Shown here: positions 9,944 to 20,990 of the stretch, in pieces
How positions within the stretch are numbered: position 1 is the stretch's first letter
How the letters are laid out: each line of letters starts with the position of its first letter
NCBI GenBank assembly: GCA_963815195.1
Contig: CAWFGE010000013.1
Coordinates: 608,001 to 672,000, forward strand
Length of the DNA: 64,000 nt
From: an uncultured Planctomycetaceae bacterium
GTDB taxonomy: Bacteria; Planctomycetota; Planctomycetia; Planctomycetales; Planctomycetaceae
Reading direction: 5' to 3'
Program-made: the position numbers and the translations under genes
The notes under the pieces: generated by a model
Seen by the model: the letters and a program-made list of their open reading frames with translations, nothing else
Told to the model about the DNA's origin: nothing
Database searches by the model: none

Positions 9944-10000
9944 TTGGAGAACACCTTGAACCAAGTGAGTAACCAGGGGGCTTACGCCCCCCGCTCGCCT

Positions 10001-11588
10001 TTAGGTGCCTTCCGGCCTTAACAGCGGAAAGAAGATCACATCCCGGATGCTTTGGCTGTTGGTGAGCAGCATCACCAGCCGGTCGATGCCGATGCCCAGG
10101 CCGCCGGCGGGGGGCATGCCGACTTTTAAGGCGCGGATGAAATCGTGATCCATCTTGGCCATCGAGTCTTCCTCAGGCAGCCCCGCGAGTTGGGTGCGGA
10201 ACAGTTCTTCCTGGAGCCTAGGGTCGTTGAGACTCGGTGTAGGCGTTCGCGAGTTCCATGCTTTGCACGAACAACTCAAACCGCTCGGCCACGCTGGGAT
10301 CATCCGCTTTGCGCTTGGTCAGCGGGCAAATGCTCGCGGGGTAATCGATGACAAAGGTCGGATTCTTCAGATGCTCTTCGACCGTGGCTTCAAAGACTTC
10401 GTTGACGACGACGTCGGGATGGACTTCTGAATTGTCCATCCGCTCGATGAGTTCCTTGCCGATCTTTCCATGCTGAGCCAACTCGTGGGCCTTCTTGGAA
10501 ACGGCGGCCGTGTCGCTCATTTCGCAGCCAGCGTGTTCGCGGAATAGATCGGCATATTTCAAGCGCGGCCAGGGCGGCGTGAAATCGATTTGATCCTCGC
10601 CCCAGGAAAAGACTAATGATTCTTCCAGGTGAGCGGGGGGCGTAAGCCCCCTGGTTGTCGCGGATGCAGATCCATCGGAAGAAACCAGGGGGCTGACACC
10701 CCCCGCTCGCCTGGTCGCGCGGGCGGCGTTTACGATGATGGCCTCGGTCAAATCCATCATCGTTTCGTAGTTGCCGTAGGCCTGGTAGATTTCGATCATC
10801 GTGAACTCGGGGTTGTGCGTCGTGTCGATGCCTTCGTTGCGAAACACGCGCCCGATCTCGTAAACCCGCTCGATGCCGCCCACCATCAGCCGCTTGAGGT
10901 GCAGTTCCAAAGCGATCCGCAGGAACAGATTCATATCCAGCGTGTTGTGGTGCGTGATGAACGGCCGGGCGGCGGCACCGCCGGCGATGGCATGCAGCAC
11001 CGGCGTTTCCACTTCGTGGAAGTCCCGCTCAGTCAGCGTTTGGCGGATGGAATTGATGATCCGCGTGCGGCCGAGCATTCGCTCCAAGACGCCGTCGTTA
11101 TAAATCAGATCGATATACCGCTGCCGAAGCAGCATCTCCGTATCTTTGGCTCCGTGGAATTTCTCCGGCGGCTGGCTTAACGACTTACAAAGGATCGTCA
11201 GGTCCCGAACGAAGATCGAAATCTCGCCGGTGTCGGTTCGGCGGAGCGCGCCGTCGACGCCGATGAGATCACCCAGGTCCAACTGTCCCATCAGTTCCCA
11301 TTGCTCGTCGGACAAGTCGCCGCGCGAGAACAGGAGTTGAATCTTGCCAGTGTAATCTTGAATGTCATAAAACCTGAGCTTGCCGGCTTTGCGGCGGAGC
11401 ATGATCCGCCCCGCGACCCGCACGTTTTCGCCTTGGGTGCCCGCTTCCGTTGGGGCTTTCGCGCGGACTTGGGCGATGGGCTGGTGATCGTCGAACCGGC
11501 GGCCGAACGGATCGTGTCCCAACTCGACGATCCGGTCGAGTTTCTTCAGGCGTTCCTTTTCAAAGCGGTCAATTTTCTCGGCGGACAT
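10001..11588 (-). CDS. lysS: Lysine--tRNA ligase (class II); frameshift near 10232; in-frame REP doublet at 10625-10714
   Basis: OB-fold [21 protein letters not shown]...[21 protein letters not shown] (split by one extra base), [15 protein letters not shown]. Confidence 0.96.
10625..10714. repeat. Family A REP doublet inside the lysS coding sequence
   Basis: ccaggtgagcggggggcgtaagccccctggtt-26 nt-aaccagggggctgacaccccccgctcgcctgg; 90 bp; translated as [29 protein letters not shown]. Confidence 0.92.
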
Positions 11589-11875
11589 CAGGGCAGTCGA
11601 TTTCTCTTGGCAGTCGTTGTTTTCGTGAATTCAATGGTTTGGACACCAAAACCCGGTCTGGGGAACGCCGGGAATTGGGGAAAGTCGGCAAATCATGGAA
11701 AAAAGTTCAAAATCCGTCAATGGCAAGTCCGGATACCTGCGAACATAGAGAATCCCGGGGAAACTGGGAAGCGCAAAGTCCCTGCGTGCCGCAGGAAACC
11801 TTGCCGGAGGACCGAGCCGGCTGGTTGGCGAGCGTGATCTGTAACCCGAAGCGCAAGTTTTGAAGTTGCGCTGTT

Positions 11876-11913
11876 TTAGCCACGAAGTGGCGACAGCACA
11901 TAGCCTTGGGCGT
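11876..11913 (+). repeat. Truncated left arm of the family D palindromic element
   Basis: ttagccacgaagtggcgacagcacatagccttgggcgt resembles ttagccgcgtagcggcggcagcatacagctgcgggcgt at 39008. Confidence 0.6.
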
Positions 11914-12208
11914 GATGTCTTCCCGCATCCGATCGCTGCGTCTGGCCAACCTCTGGCCACGTCCGCACGGCGTTCGCCCGCGGGCCTACACACCTCTCCC
12001 ACGTCACGCCCATGAGCAACTGGTTCTTCGGGACTGAGCAGCCCCGCCGTGGCATCCGCCTTTCTGTTTCTTTCCTTCACTCACCCTAGGATCGCCAGGC
12101 CCCAGGGGGGAAAGGGGGCGGTTCGCCCATCATCCGATCCCCAACCCGCGCCGCGCACTTTCCGCCACGGAGATACTCACCACACACGAACCTGATGAAT
12201 AATTCGGG
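11912..12208 (+). mobile_element. Possible decayed right end of an IS1380-like element
   Basis: Degenerate peptide VMSSRIRSLRLANLWP resembles IS1380 transposase C-termini; atgaataattcggg (12195-12208) resembles the IS1380-type terminal IR (recalled pattern, not searched). Confidence 0.35.
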
Positions 12209-12335
12209 TTCAAGATCAATAGTTTAAGATCAAGCAAACTCCCATCTTAAGAACGGCGTTGCATGCCACCCCGTCGCACATGGCGAGATACAGGACACCA
12301 TTCGCGAAACAGGGCGATGAGTAGCCGGTCGGCGT

Positions 12336-15300
12336 TCACCTTCGCGAAGATATTGTACTTTCCGTAGTGAAATTCTGGCTGGATCGATCCTGGTCCGCAG
12401 CAGCGCACCACAGTTTGATCGTGCGATCGATACTGCCCGTGGCCAAGGTCTTGCCGTCGGGCGCGATCGCCACGGAGATCACGCGATCGCGATGCCCCAA
12501 GAGCGTCATGCGTTCCTGACCTGTCGGCACGTCCCAAAGCTTGACCGTCCCATCGTCACACCCCGAGACGATCGTTTGACCGTCTGGAAAAATCGCCAAC
12601 GCCGTGATTCGAGCCGTGTGACCACGAAAATCGGCCAACAGCCTCCCCGTACTCGCATCCCAGGCCCATAAAAAGCCATAGGTCCCACCGGTCACCACCG
12701 TCTTGCCATCCGGAGAGACAACCAGAGCCCAAGTTCCCCTCGTCTCCCCCGTCGCATCACATCGCTGAGTTCGTGTGAGCGTTTGCGGATCCCAAAAATC
12801 GACCCATCCCAAATCGTCGGCGGTAATTATTCTCTTTCCGTCAGGCGAGTAAGCCAATGCAGTAACTGCGCTCCCACCCGGTGCTTTGAATGTCGCCCGC
12901 AATTTGCGGCTTTCGAGATCCCACAGGTTCATTTCGCAGGTCACAGAAGAGACCACCAAAGTTTTTTCGTCGGGCGAGAGCACCATGGACCAGAGCGCCA
13001 TGGGGATTGTCAATCGAAGCCAGTTCCTCGCGAGTGACGACATCCCAAAGCTTGAGCGGCCCCTTGAGACTCCCAGCAGCTAGATGGCGGCTGTCCCGAG
13101 AGAACGTGACCCACGAGATGAAATCCCCCTGGCAATCGAAGGTCGCTTGAGTTTCTCCCGTGACGGGATTGCAGATTCTGATCGTCCGGTCATTTGCCGA
13201 GTAGGCCAAAGTTTTTCCATCGGGAGAAAACGCAATGCCGGCTCGACCGGCTTTATGCCCTTGGATGGTCAGTTCATCCGGTTTTAGATTGACATCCCAG
13301 AGTTTGATGGTCTTGTCAAAACTTACGGAGGCCAGGGTTTTTCCGTCGGGGGAGAAACGGACGCCCGATATTTGGTTGAGGTGGGCCATTGTCCGAGACT
13401 TTCCTGTCTCAGGCTCCCAGAGCCTCACGGTTCGATCGTAGCAGCCCATGGCCAGTGTCTTGCCGTCAGGAGAATAGGCAACCGCGGAAATCTCGGCGAC
13501 TTGCGTATCGTACACGGCGATCTCGGCTTTCGTCGCCACATCGAGAATTCGGAGAGTGCGGTTCCATCCCGCATCCGAAGTGGCCGCCAATCTTGTCCCA
13601 TCGGGGGAGAAGGCGACGGCCCAAGCGCCTCGCCATTCGTGGATCAATTGCGGGGGTGCGGTTGCCAAGTTCCACAATTTGGTTTTGGAAGTATGCCAAG
13701 CCGAAGTCGAAGCCAATTTCGTGCCGTCCGGCGAAAACGCCACGCAGTGAACCTCCTCATTTACCTGGAGCGTTTGACGCACGGTTCCCGTCGCGAGATC
13801 CCAGAGTTCGAGCGAAGAACTACCCACCGCCAAAGTTTGGCCGTCCGGGGAAAACGCCAAGGAACGTACCGGCCCCGTCAAACATCTGAGGGTTGCCGTC
13901 TGCTGCCAGGTCGCCACGTCCCAGAGTTTGATTGTCCGATCATTTCCGCCGGTCGCCAGCACCTGGCCATCGGGAGAGAATGCCACACACCAAACCCAGG
14001 ACCGATGGCCCTGGAGTGATACCAGTTCTTTCCCGGTCTTGGCGTCCCAGACCTTCACTATCGAATCCTTACCACCCGAAGCCAGTTTCGTTCCGTCTGG
14101 GGAAAACGCCACCGAGGCCAGGGGTCCCGTGTGTCCCGTCAAGGTGAGACGGTGAGCCCGATGGCATAGCCGCCACAGGTAATACCATTCAAAGGTTCGC
14201 AGATCTTCTTGTGTCCCCTGGGGCCGCAGGCTTTCCAGCAAGTCCAGCACGCGGGTGACATGCCCCTTTTCCCAAGCCTGATGTGCCAGGTTGATCTGTG
14301 AGGCGTAAAGCCTCCGACGGCCCAGCAAGTCTGAGTCCCGCGCCTTGTCTCGTTCCACGTTTGCGAGCTGACTCTGCTTCTCAGCCTCCATGCGGAGTTG
14401 ATCCGCGAGTGTTGCATTGGCCTCGGCTTCCTTTTTCCGCTGATCCGCGTCACTTCGGGCGACTTCGGCCCGCTGTTGGGCTTGCTCGGCTTCCACTGCG
14501 TTTTCTCTGGCAAGTTGTGCTTGTTGCATGGCGATTGCCTTCTCGCGAAATGCCTCGTCAGAATTGTCATCGGCGCCTGTCGATGAAACGCTTCGGATTC
14601 CGCACGACGTCCGGCTTCAATGGCGAAGTACGAGGAGACAACAACGCCGATCACAAGGCACAGTGCAATGGTCGCCAGCAAGCTAGCGACTGCAGAATTT
14701 CGATGGCACCATCTCCAGGTTCGCTCAATGGCATTTATGGGCCGAGCCACAATGGGTTCGCTGCGCAGAAATCGGCCGAGGTCATCGGCGAGGAGTTGCG
14801 CTGTGCCGTAACGGCGGTGCGGTTCCTTCTCCAGGCACTTCAGGCAGATCGTTTCCAGATCGCGGGGAATCTTGGGGTTCAACAATCGCGGCGAGGCGGC
14901 TTCAATGTGGATCACTTGCTGAATGGTCTCGACAACTGACGCGGCCCGGAACGGCGGGCGGCCCGTGAGGCATTCATAAAGGATTGCGCCTAACGAGTAC
15001 ACATCGCTGCTGGGACCGATGAGGCTTCGAAGACCTTGGGCTTGCTCGGGGGGCATGTAACTCGGCGTGCCCACGATTTGGCCGGTGCGGGTCAGGTCGC
15101 TGTTTTCCTCGACTCGCGTCGCCAATCCGAAGTCGGTGATCCAGGCCTGGTCTAGCGCGTCGATCAGCACGTTCGAGGGTTTTAGATCGCGATGCAGCGT
15201 CCCTTTCTGGTGGGCATAGTGGATCGCTTCGGCCAGTTGGCGGACATAGATCGCGGCTTTTTGAGGCGACAACAGGTTCTCGCGGAGCAGCGCCGACAGG

Positions 15301-15827
15301 TCGTGGCCCGCGACGTAGTCCATCGAAAAAAATTGGCAGCCCTCGTGTTGGCCCACTTCGTGGATCGCGACAATATGCGGGTGCTGCAAACTGGCCGCCG
15401 CCTGCGCTTCCGTCTGAAACCGCTTGACATCCTCTAGGGTGGCCAGTCTCCCCGAGGCGATCATTTTCACGGCCACGATGCGTCCCAGCGTTTTTTGCCG
15501 GGCCTTGAATACCACTCCCATCCCGCCGCGGGCGATCTCTTCCAAGAGTTCATAGTCGCCAAAATAACCGATCGACTGCCCCGGCCGAATAGCGTTGTTC
15601 AGCGACTGGCCAAACCCGCGAATCGGCTCCGCCAACCGATCGATGCGATCCCGCTGAGCGAAGAACGTTTGCAGATCGTCCGCAAGCTCTGGATGGCGTT
15701 CCAGAATCTCCTGACGATTCGGCGGATTGCCGGTTTCGCAGGCGCGAATGTAATCGGCGATCACCGCCTCCAACTGTTGTTCGCGATTCTCATCTTCCTC
15801 GGATTTTTTTCCCTGGACTTTAGACAT
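12336..15827 (-). CDS. Membrane Ser/Thr protein kinase with C-terminal WD40 propellers; frameshifts near 14572 and 13003
   Basis: ARGGMGVV, VAVK, HRDLKPSN, DFG, GTPSYMPPEQ, a TM helix and coiled coil, then many GH..V.SVAFSPDG...WD repeats across ORFs 14139-15827, 12841-14529 and 12336-13043. Confidence 0.9.
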
Positions 15828-15833
15828 CGCCCA

Positions 15834-16394
15834 TTACTCGCACAAGAGGGTTTGCAGGGTTTTCAGCCCGCGAAACAATAGCCCCGCCACCGACGATTCG
15901 CTCCGGCCCATCTCCCCCGCTACCTCGGCCAGCGTTAGGCCTTGCAAATGGTGCAGCACGATCGCATCGTGCTGGGGTTCCGCCAATTCAGTCAGGGCCT
16001 GGGCCAACCGCAACAGGTCCTCTTCCTTGATTGCCCTTTGACTGGGCGATGACTGCACGGCGGCCAGCCAGATCATGGTGCGGTCATATGACTCGTCGAT
16101 CGCGCCGTCCAGCGACAGTTCCCGGCGGACATCGCGTTTATCTCGCCGTTGATCGCGGAGGGCATCCGCCAGATTGTGCTTTAAGATTTCCCGCAGCCAA
16201 CCGGCCAACTCAGCCTGACTGGAACCGCGAAATTGCCCGCGCTTGGCAAAGGCATCCAGCAGGGTTTGTTGCACGATGTCCGATGGATCGAGTTTCGCCT
16301 GATGGCCGGAGTGGAGATGCGTCCGCGCCAGCAGTGTGAGATAGGGGCGGAACGACTCCAACCCCTGTCCCTGATCTTCGAATTGTGGTTTCAT
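15834..16394 (-). CDS. Planctomycete-type ECF sigma-70 factor
   Basis: FRPYLTLLAR...KLDPSDIVQQTLLDA...FRG...WLREIL (region 2), SSPSQ linker, LTLAEVAGEMGRSESSVAGLLFRG (region 4 HTH); ends 6 bp before the kinase gene. Confidence 0.9.
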   Translation of the reverse strand: MKPQFEDQGQGLESFRPYLTLLARTHLHSGHQAKLDPSDIVQQTLLDAFAKRGQFRGSSQAELAGWLREILKHNLADALRDQRRDKRDVRRELSLDGAIDESYDRTMIWLAAVQSSPSQRAIKEEDLLRLAQALTELAEPQHDAIVLHHLQGLTLAEVAGEMGRSESSVAGLLFRGLKTLQTLLCE

Positions 16395-16470
16395 GCAAGG
16401 GTGGCCGGAAAGGCGCGGGCCAAAGCTGGGATTCACTATGACAGAGTTGTCGGTCCGCAGCAATACCCAA

Positions 16471-17043
16471 CTATTCACCATGTTGTTTGCGGAGGAATTC
16501 GAGAACCACTTGGCTGTCTTTCACAGGCGACGACTGGGTCTCCCGATAAAGGATTTTTCCATCCGTGCCGACAATGAATGTCCAACGTGCCGCTGAAAAC
16601 TTGCGAGGGATTCTGACCGCATTGCCTTCTCGGTCAATCGCCATTGCCTTGCCGCCGGCTCGCAAGGGCACGCCAAACTTCTTTGCCACACTGCCGTCGC
16701 CATCGGACAGGAGCGTGAAAGTCAACTCGTTTTTCATCTTGAAGAGTTGATGGGCCTGAACGGCATCGCCGCTGATCCCAATCACCTCCGCACACTGCTT
16801 GCCCAAATCCTTTTGATCTTTCTGATAACAACGGGCCTGCCGGGTGCAGCAGAACGCGAAGTCGCTGGGGTAAAAGTAGATCACAAGCGGGTGCTGGCCG
16901 ATGTGGTCCCGCGAATTCCAAACTTTGCCCTGGTCGTCCAGGCACTGAAACTCGGGCATCACGTCACCCACGTCAGCGGCGCGACCGCTCTCTACCCAGA
17001 CAACAATCGCTAGAAACAACACGACCATGATGAGATTTCGCAT
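16471..17043 (-). CDS. Secreted peroxiredoxin (BCP/AhpC-TSA-like) with an atypical active-site motif
   Basis: Signal peptide; VGD.MPEF, VIYFYPSDFAFCCTRQA, VIGISGD, FTLLSD, ARWTFIVG. Confidence 0.82.
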   Translation of the reverse strand: MRNLIMVVLFLAIVVWVESGRAADVGDVMPEFQCLDDQGKVWNSRDHIGQHPLVIYFYPSDFAFCCTRQARCYQKDQKDLGKQCAEVIGISGDAVQAHQLFKMKNELTFTLLSDGDGSVAKKFGVPLRAGGKAMAIDREGNAVRIPRKFSAARWTFIVGTDGKILYRETQSSPVKDSQVVLEFLRKQHGE

Positions 17044-17384
17044 GACTTGCCCTTTTCTGAGACCAACGACACCGGACGGGAGATCGCCTCTATTCTTCCA
17101 GACGCCATCGAATGTCCAGCGGAGCGCGGAAATCTAGAATAATCTGGGCCATCAGGATCTGCAGGATTCAGAATAAATGTTCATGCAGACGTGGCAATCG
17201 CGGTCGCTTGGCCCCGAAACTCGCGTTTGAAACAGGGAATGGTGGGCCAATCGAAACATCCAAACCCCTGGCGTTCGTGCCGTAATTTCTTTAAGTCGCT
17301 TGCGGAAGTGCGTGCGCACATCGCGGACCGGGGGTGTCCGCAGACAGTTGAGCGAATCCTTTCAGCGCACCGACTCGACAGGAT

Positions 17385-17575
17385 TCACGCCTCAAACGAG
17401 TTTGGGCCACCCAACCGCATTTCCTTCCACATCTCCCGCTGCCTCTCCCAATCCACTTCCGCCGCAACCGGTCTCAGCATTTTTTCATGAACCGACTCCT
17501 TGCCAGACATCACCCGCGGCAGAAACAAGATCTGTTCTTGAATCTCCGGCGTCAAATACAAAAGATGCTGATTAT
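17385..17575 (-). pseudogene. C-terminal remnant of a conserved small protein usually found beside serine recombinases of integrative elements
   Basis: HLLYLTPEIQEQILFLPR..SGKESVHEKMLRPVAAEVDWERQREMW fits the recalled pattern LLxLAPDIQEEILFLP...LRPIAAExDWxxQRxxW; no N-terminal half. Confidence 0.5.
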
Positions 17576-17948
17576 CACGTTTTATGGGGGGGCTCTGTAT
17601 CCGCCGCATGAGGCGGAGATGAGGAGGTTTTCTTTTTCCTTGGAACATTCCTTTGCGCCCCAGCCACCCTGCCGCTTGCGGTGTGGAGTTCAGTGATACG
17701 TCGCATGAACATCAGGTTGCGGAATTTAAGAGATTGGCGATGGCATTGGCATATCCGCCACGGGTCGGCCGCCAGGCCAAGACTCTGGATGGCCCTGTGC
17801 CCATCCCAGCGGAGTTTGCCCCTCCCTCGTCTGGAAAAAACGCTATAGACACTTGTGGAAACATCGATGTGTAGACATAATTCACTCATTCACCCGTCAC
17901 GCATTCCGTTCCGAATTTCACCTCTTCCATTCCTTTCGGAGGCGTGCC

Positions 17949-18982
17949 ATGTCCATTGGTCAAATCTCGCAGTTTCGTTTGAAGAGACGTTTTCGAGCCT
18001 TCACCCTCATTGAGTTGTTGGTGGTAATTGCGATTATCGCCATCTTAATTGCCCTGTTGCTGCCCGCGGTTCAGCAGGGCGCGAAGCGGCCCGCCGGTCA
18101 AGTTGCAAAAACAACATGAAGCAGATCGGCCTGGCGTTGGCGAACTATCACGATGTCCACAGCCGATTTCCCATCGGAGAAACCGGTGCAGGCATTTCCA
18201 ACCGGGACGGAGGCGGCCGCTGGCATGGTCCCAACTGGCGGGTGTTCATTCTTCCGATGATGGATCAAAACCCCATTTACAAGAAATTCTCGTTTGGCCG
18301 CACCTTCGACGCTGGCCGACCTGGCGTGGGGGCGAGCAGCAGTAATCCCAATAAGATTCTGATTGGGTTTACGATGACCGTTTACAAATGCCCTTCGAGC
18401 GCGGCCCCTATTAACGGCCTCAACCGATCCCCCAGCCCGACGAACAATAATAAACACAACACGATGCTGATCGATTACGTCGGCATGGCCGGCGCCACGG
18501 GCCAAAACGGATTTTCCGTCACAGGGCAATGTTCCCGCCAAACAGGTTACGGGGGGATTTATTGCAACAACGGGATTCTGGCCCCGAACGATAGCTTCGC
18601 GTTTCGGGACATTATCGACGGCCCGTCCAACACGATCATCGTGGCCGAACAATCCGGGATGATAAACAACTTGTACGACATTCGCAGCAATTACTACGGC
18701 GGATGGTGCGGACATACGGATTCTCGAAAAGCTCCCCAGATGACCGGCAGCCCGTGGGGCAGCGGAACCACGGCCGTCCGCTATCAAATCAATACCACCT
18801 CGCGCCCCGGAGGGGCTAACAGCACCTGGGACGCGAACACGATCCTCAATTCATTCCATGTCGGAGGCATCCACGTCGCTTTGGCGGATGGCAGCGTTCG
18901 ATTTGTTTCGGAGAACATCAATATGTTGACGCTGAGACGCTTGGCTTCCAAACAAGATGGCCAACCGATCGGACAGTTCTAG
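17949..18982 (+). CDS. DUF1559 prepilin-type N-terminal cleavage/methylation domain protein; frameshift near 18078
   Basis: [53 protein letters not shown] ... [11 protein letters not shown] ... [23 protein letters not shown] (H-x9-DG). Confidence 0.93.
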
Positions 18983-19018
18983 CCGACCGTTTTCGCCCCA
19001 TCCTTAGCAATTCTTGAT

Positions 19019-19054
19019 GGGAAGTCGGGCAATTCCATCATTGCCCGACTTCCC
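19019..19054 (+). terminator. Perfect 15-bp-stem hairpin after the DUF1559 gene (terminator-like, no strong U-tract)
   Basis: gggaagtcgggcaat-tccatc-attgcccgacttccc. Confidence 0.55.
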
Positions 19055-19372
19055 GGTCGTGGGCCTTTCATCGTCTGCGATTAAAGACACTTCCCCTTTT
19101 TGTTTGAATCCGCATCCCTCCTGAGATTCCTCTGACCTGAGAACTGGTTATCCTCCCCCGAAAAGCGTCGGCACCTGTCGCAAGACGGATGTCGCGTTCT
19201 CGCCCTCACAAAAACTCTCCATTCCCTCTGCTTTGCATCATCTGGGGCCCGAGCCTTCCATTTCACCATCGGGGCATCGAACGGCCATCCGCTTCATTCC
19301 AGCGATGGAAACTGACTCGAACGTGTTGATAAGTAATCGTAGGGCAGGCTCCTGCCGGGTCCTGACCAGCCC

Positions 19373-20836
<1,464 letters not shown>

Positions 20837-20864
20837 GGAGCGAACTCTCTTTTAAGAATGTCCC

Positions 20865-20988
20865 GGCGAGCGGCCAGCGTAAGCTGGCTGGTGACTCACG
20901 ATTGCTTGTGTTGGGTTACTTTTTTATGTTTCCAAAGGCGCGTTTTCTGGATTGCAACGAACCAGGGGGCTTACGCCCCCCGCTCGCC
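20865..20988. repeat. Family A REP doublet with a covarying left arm
   Basis: ggcgagcggccagcgtaagctggctggt (20865-20892) and accagggggcttacgccccccgctcgcc (20961-20988). Confidence 0.88.
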
Positions 20989-20990
20989 AA

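Larger units (their letters stand above)
9007..9999. mobile_element. REPtron-like unit: REP(+) - RAYT - REP(+) - AT-rich cargo ORF - REP(-)
   Basis: Identical family A copies at 9007-9034, 9631-9658 and 9972-9999 (inverted) bracket the Y1 transposase gene, between lysS and lolC/E. Confidence 0.8.

Noticed and set aside
10218..10303. Programmed frameshift or pseudogenisation of lysS and other split genes
   Set aside because: No slippery sequences; the breaks are scattered over unrelated conserved genes, so sequencing error is more parsimonious.
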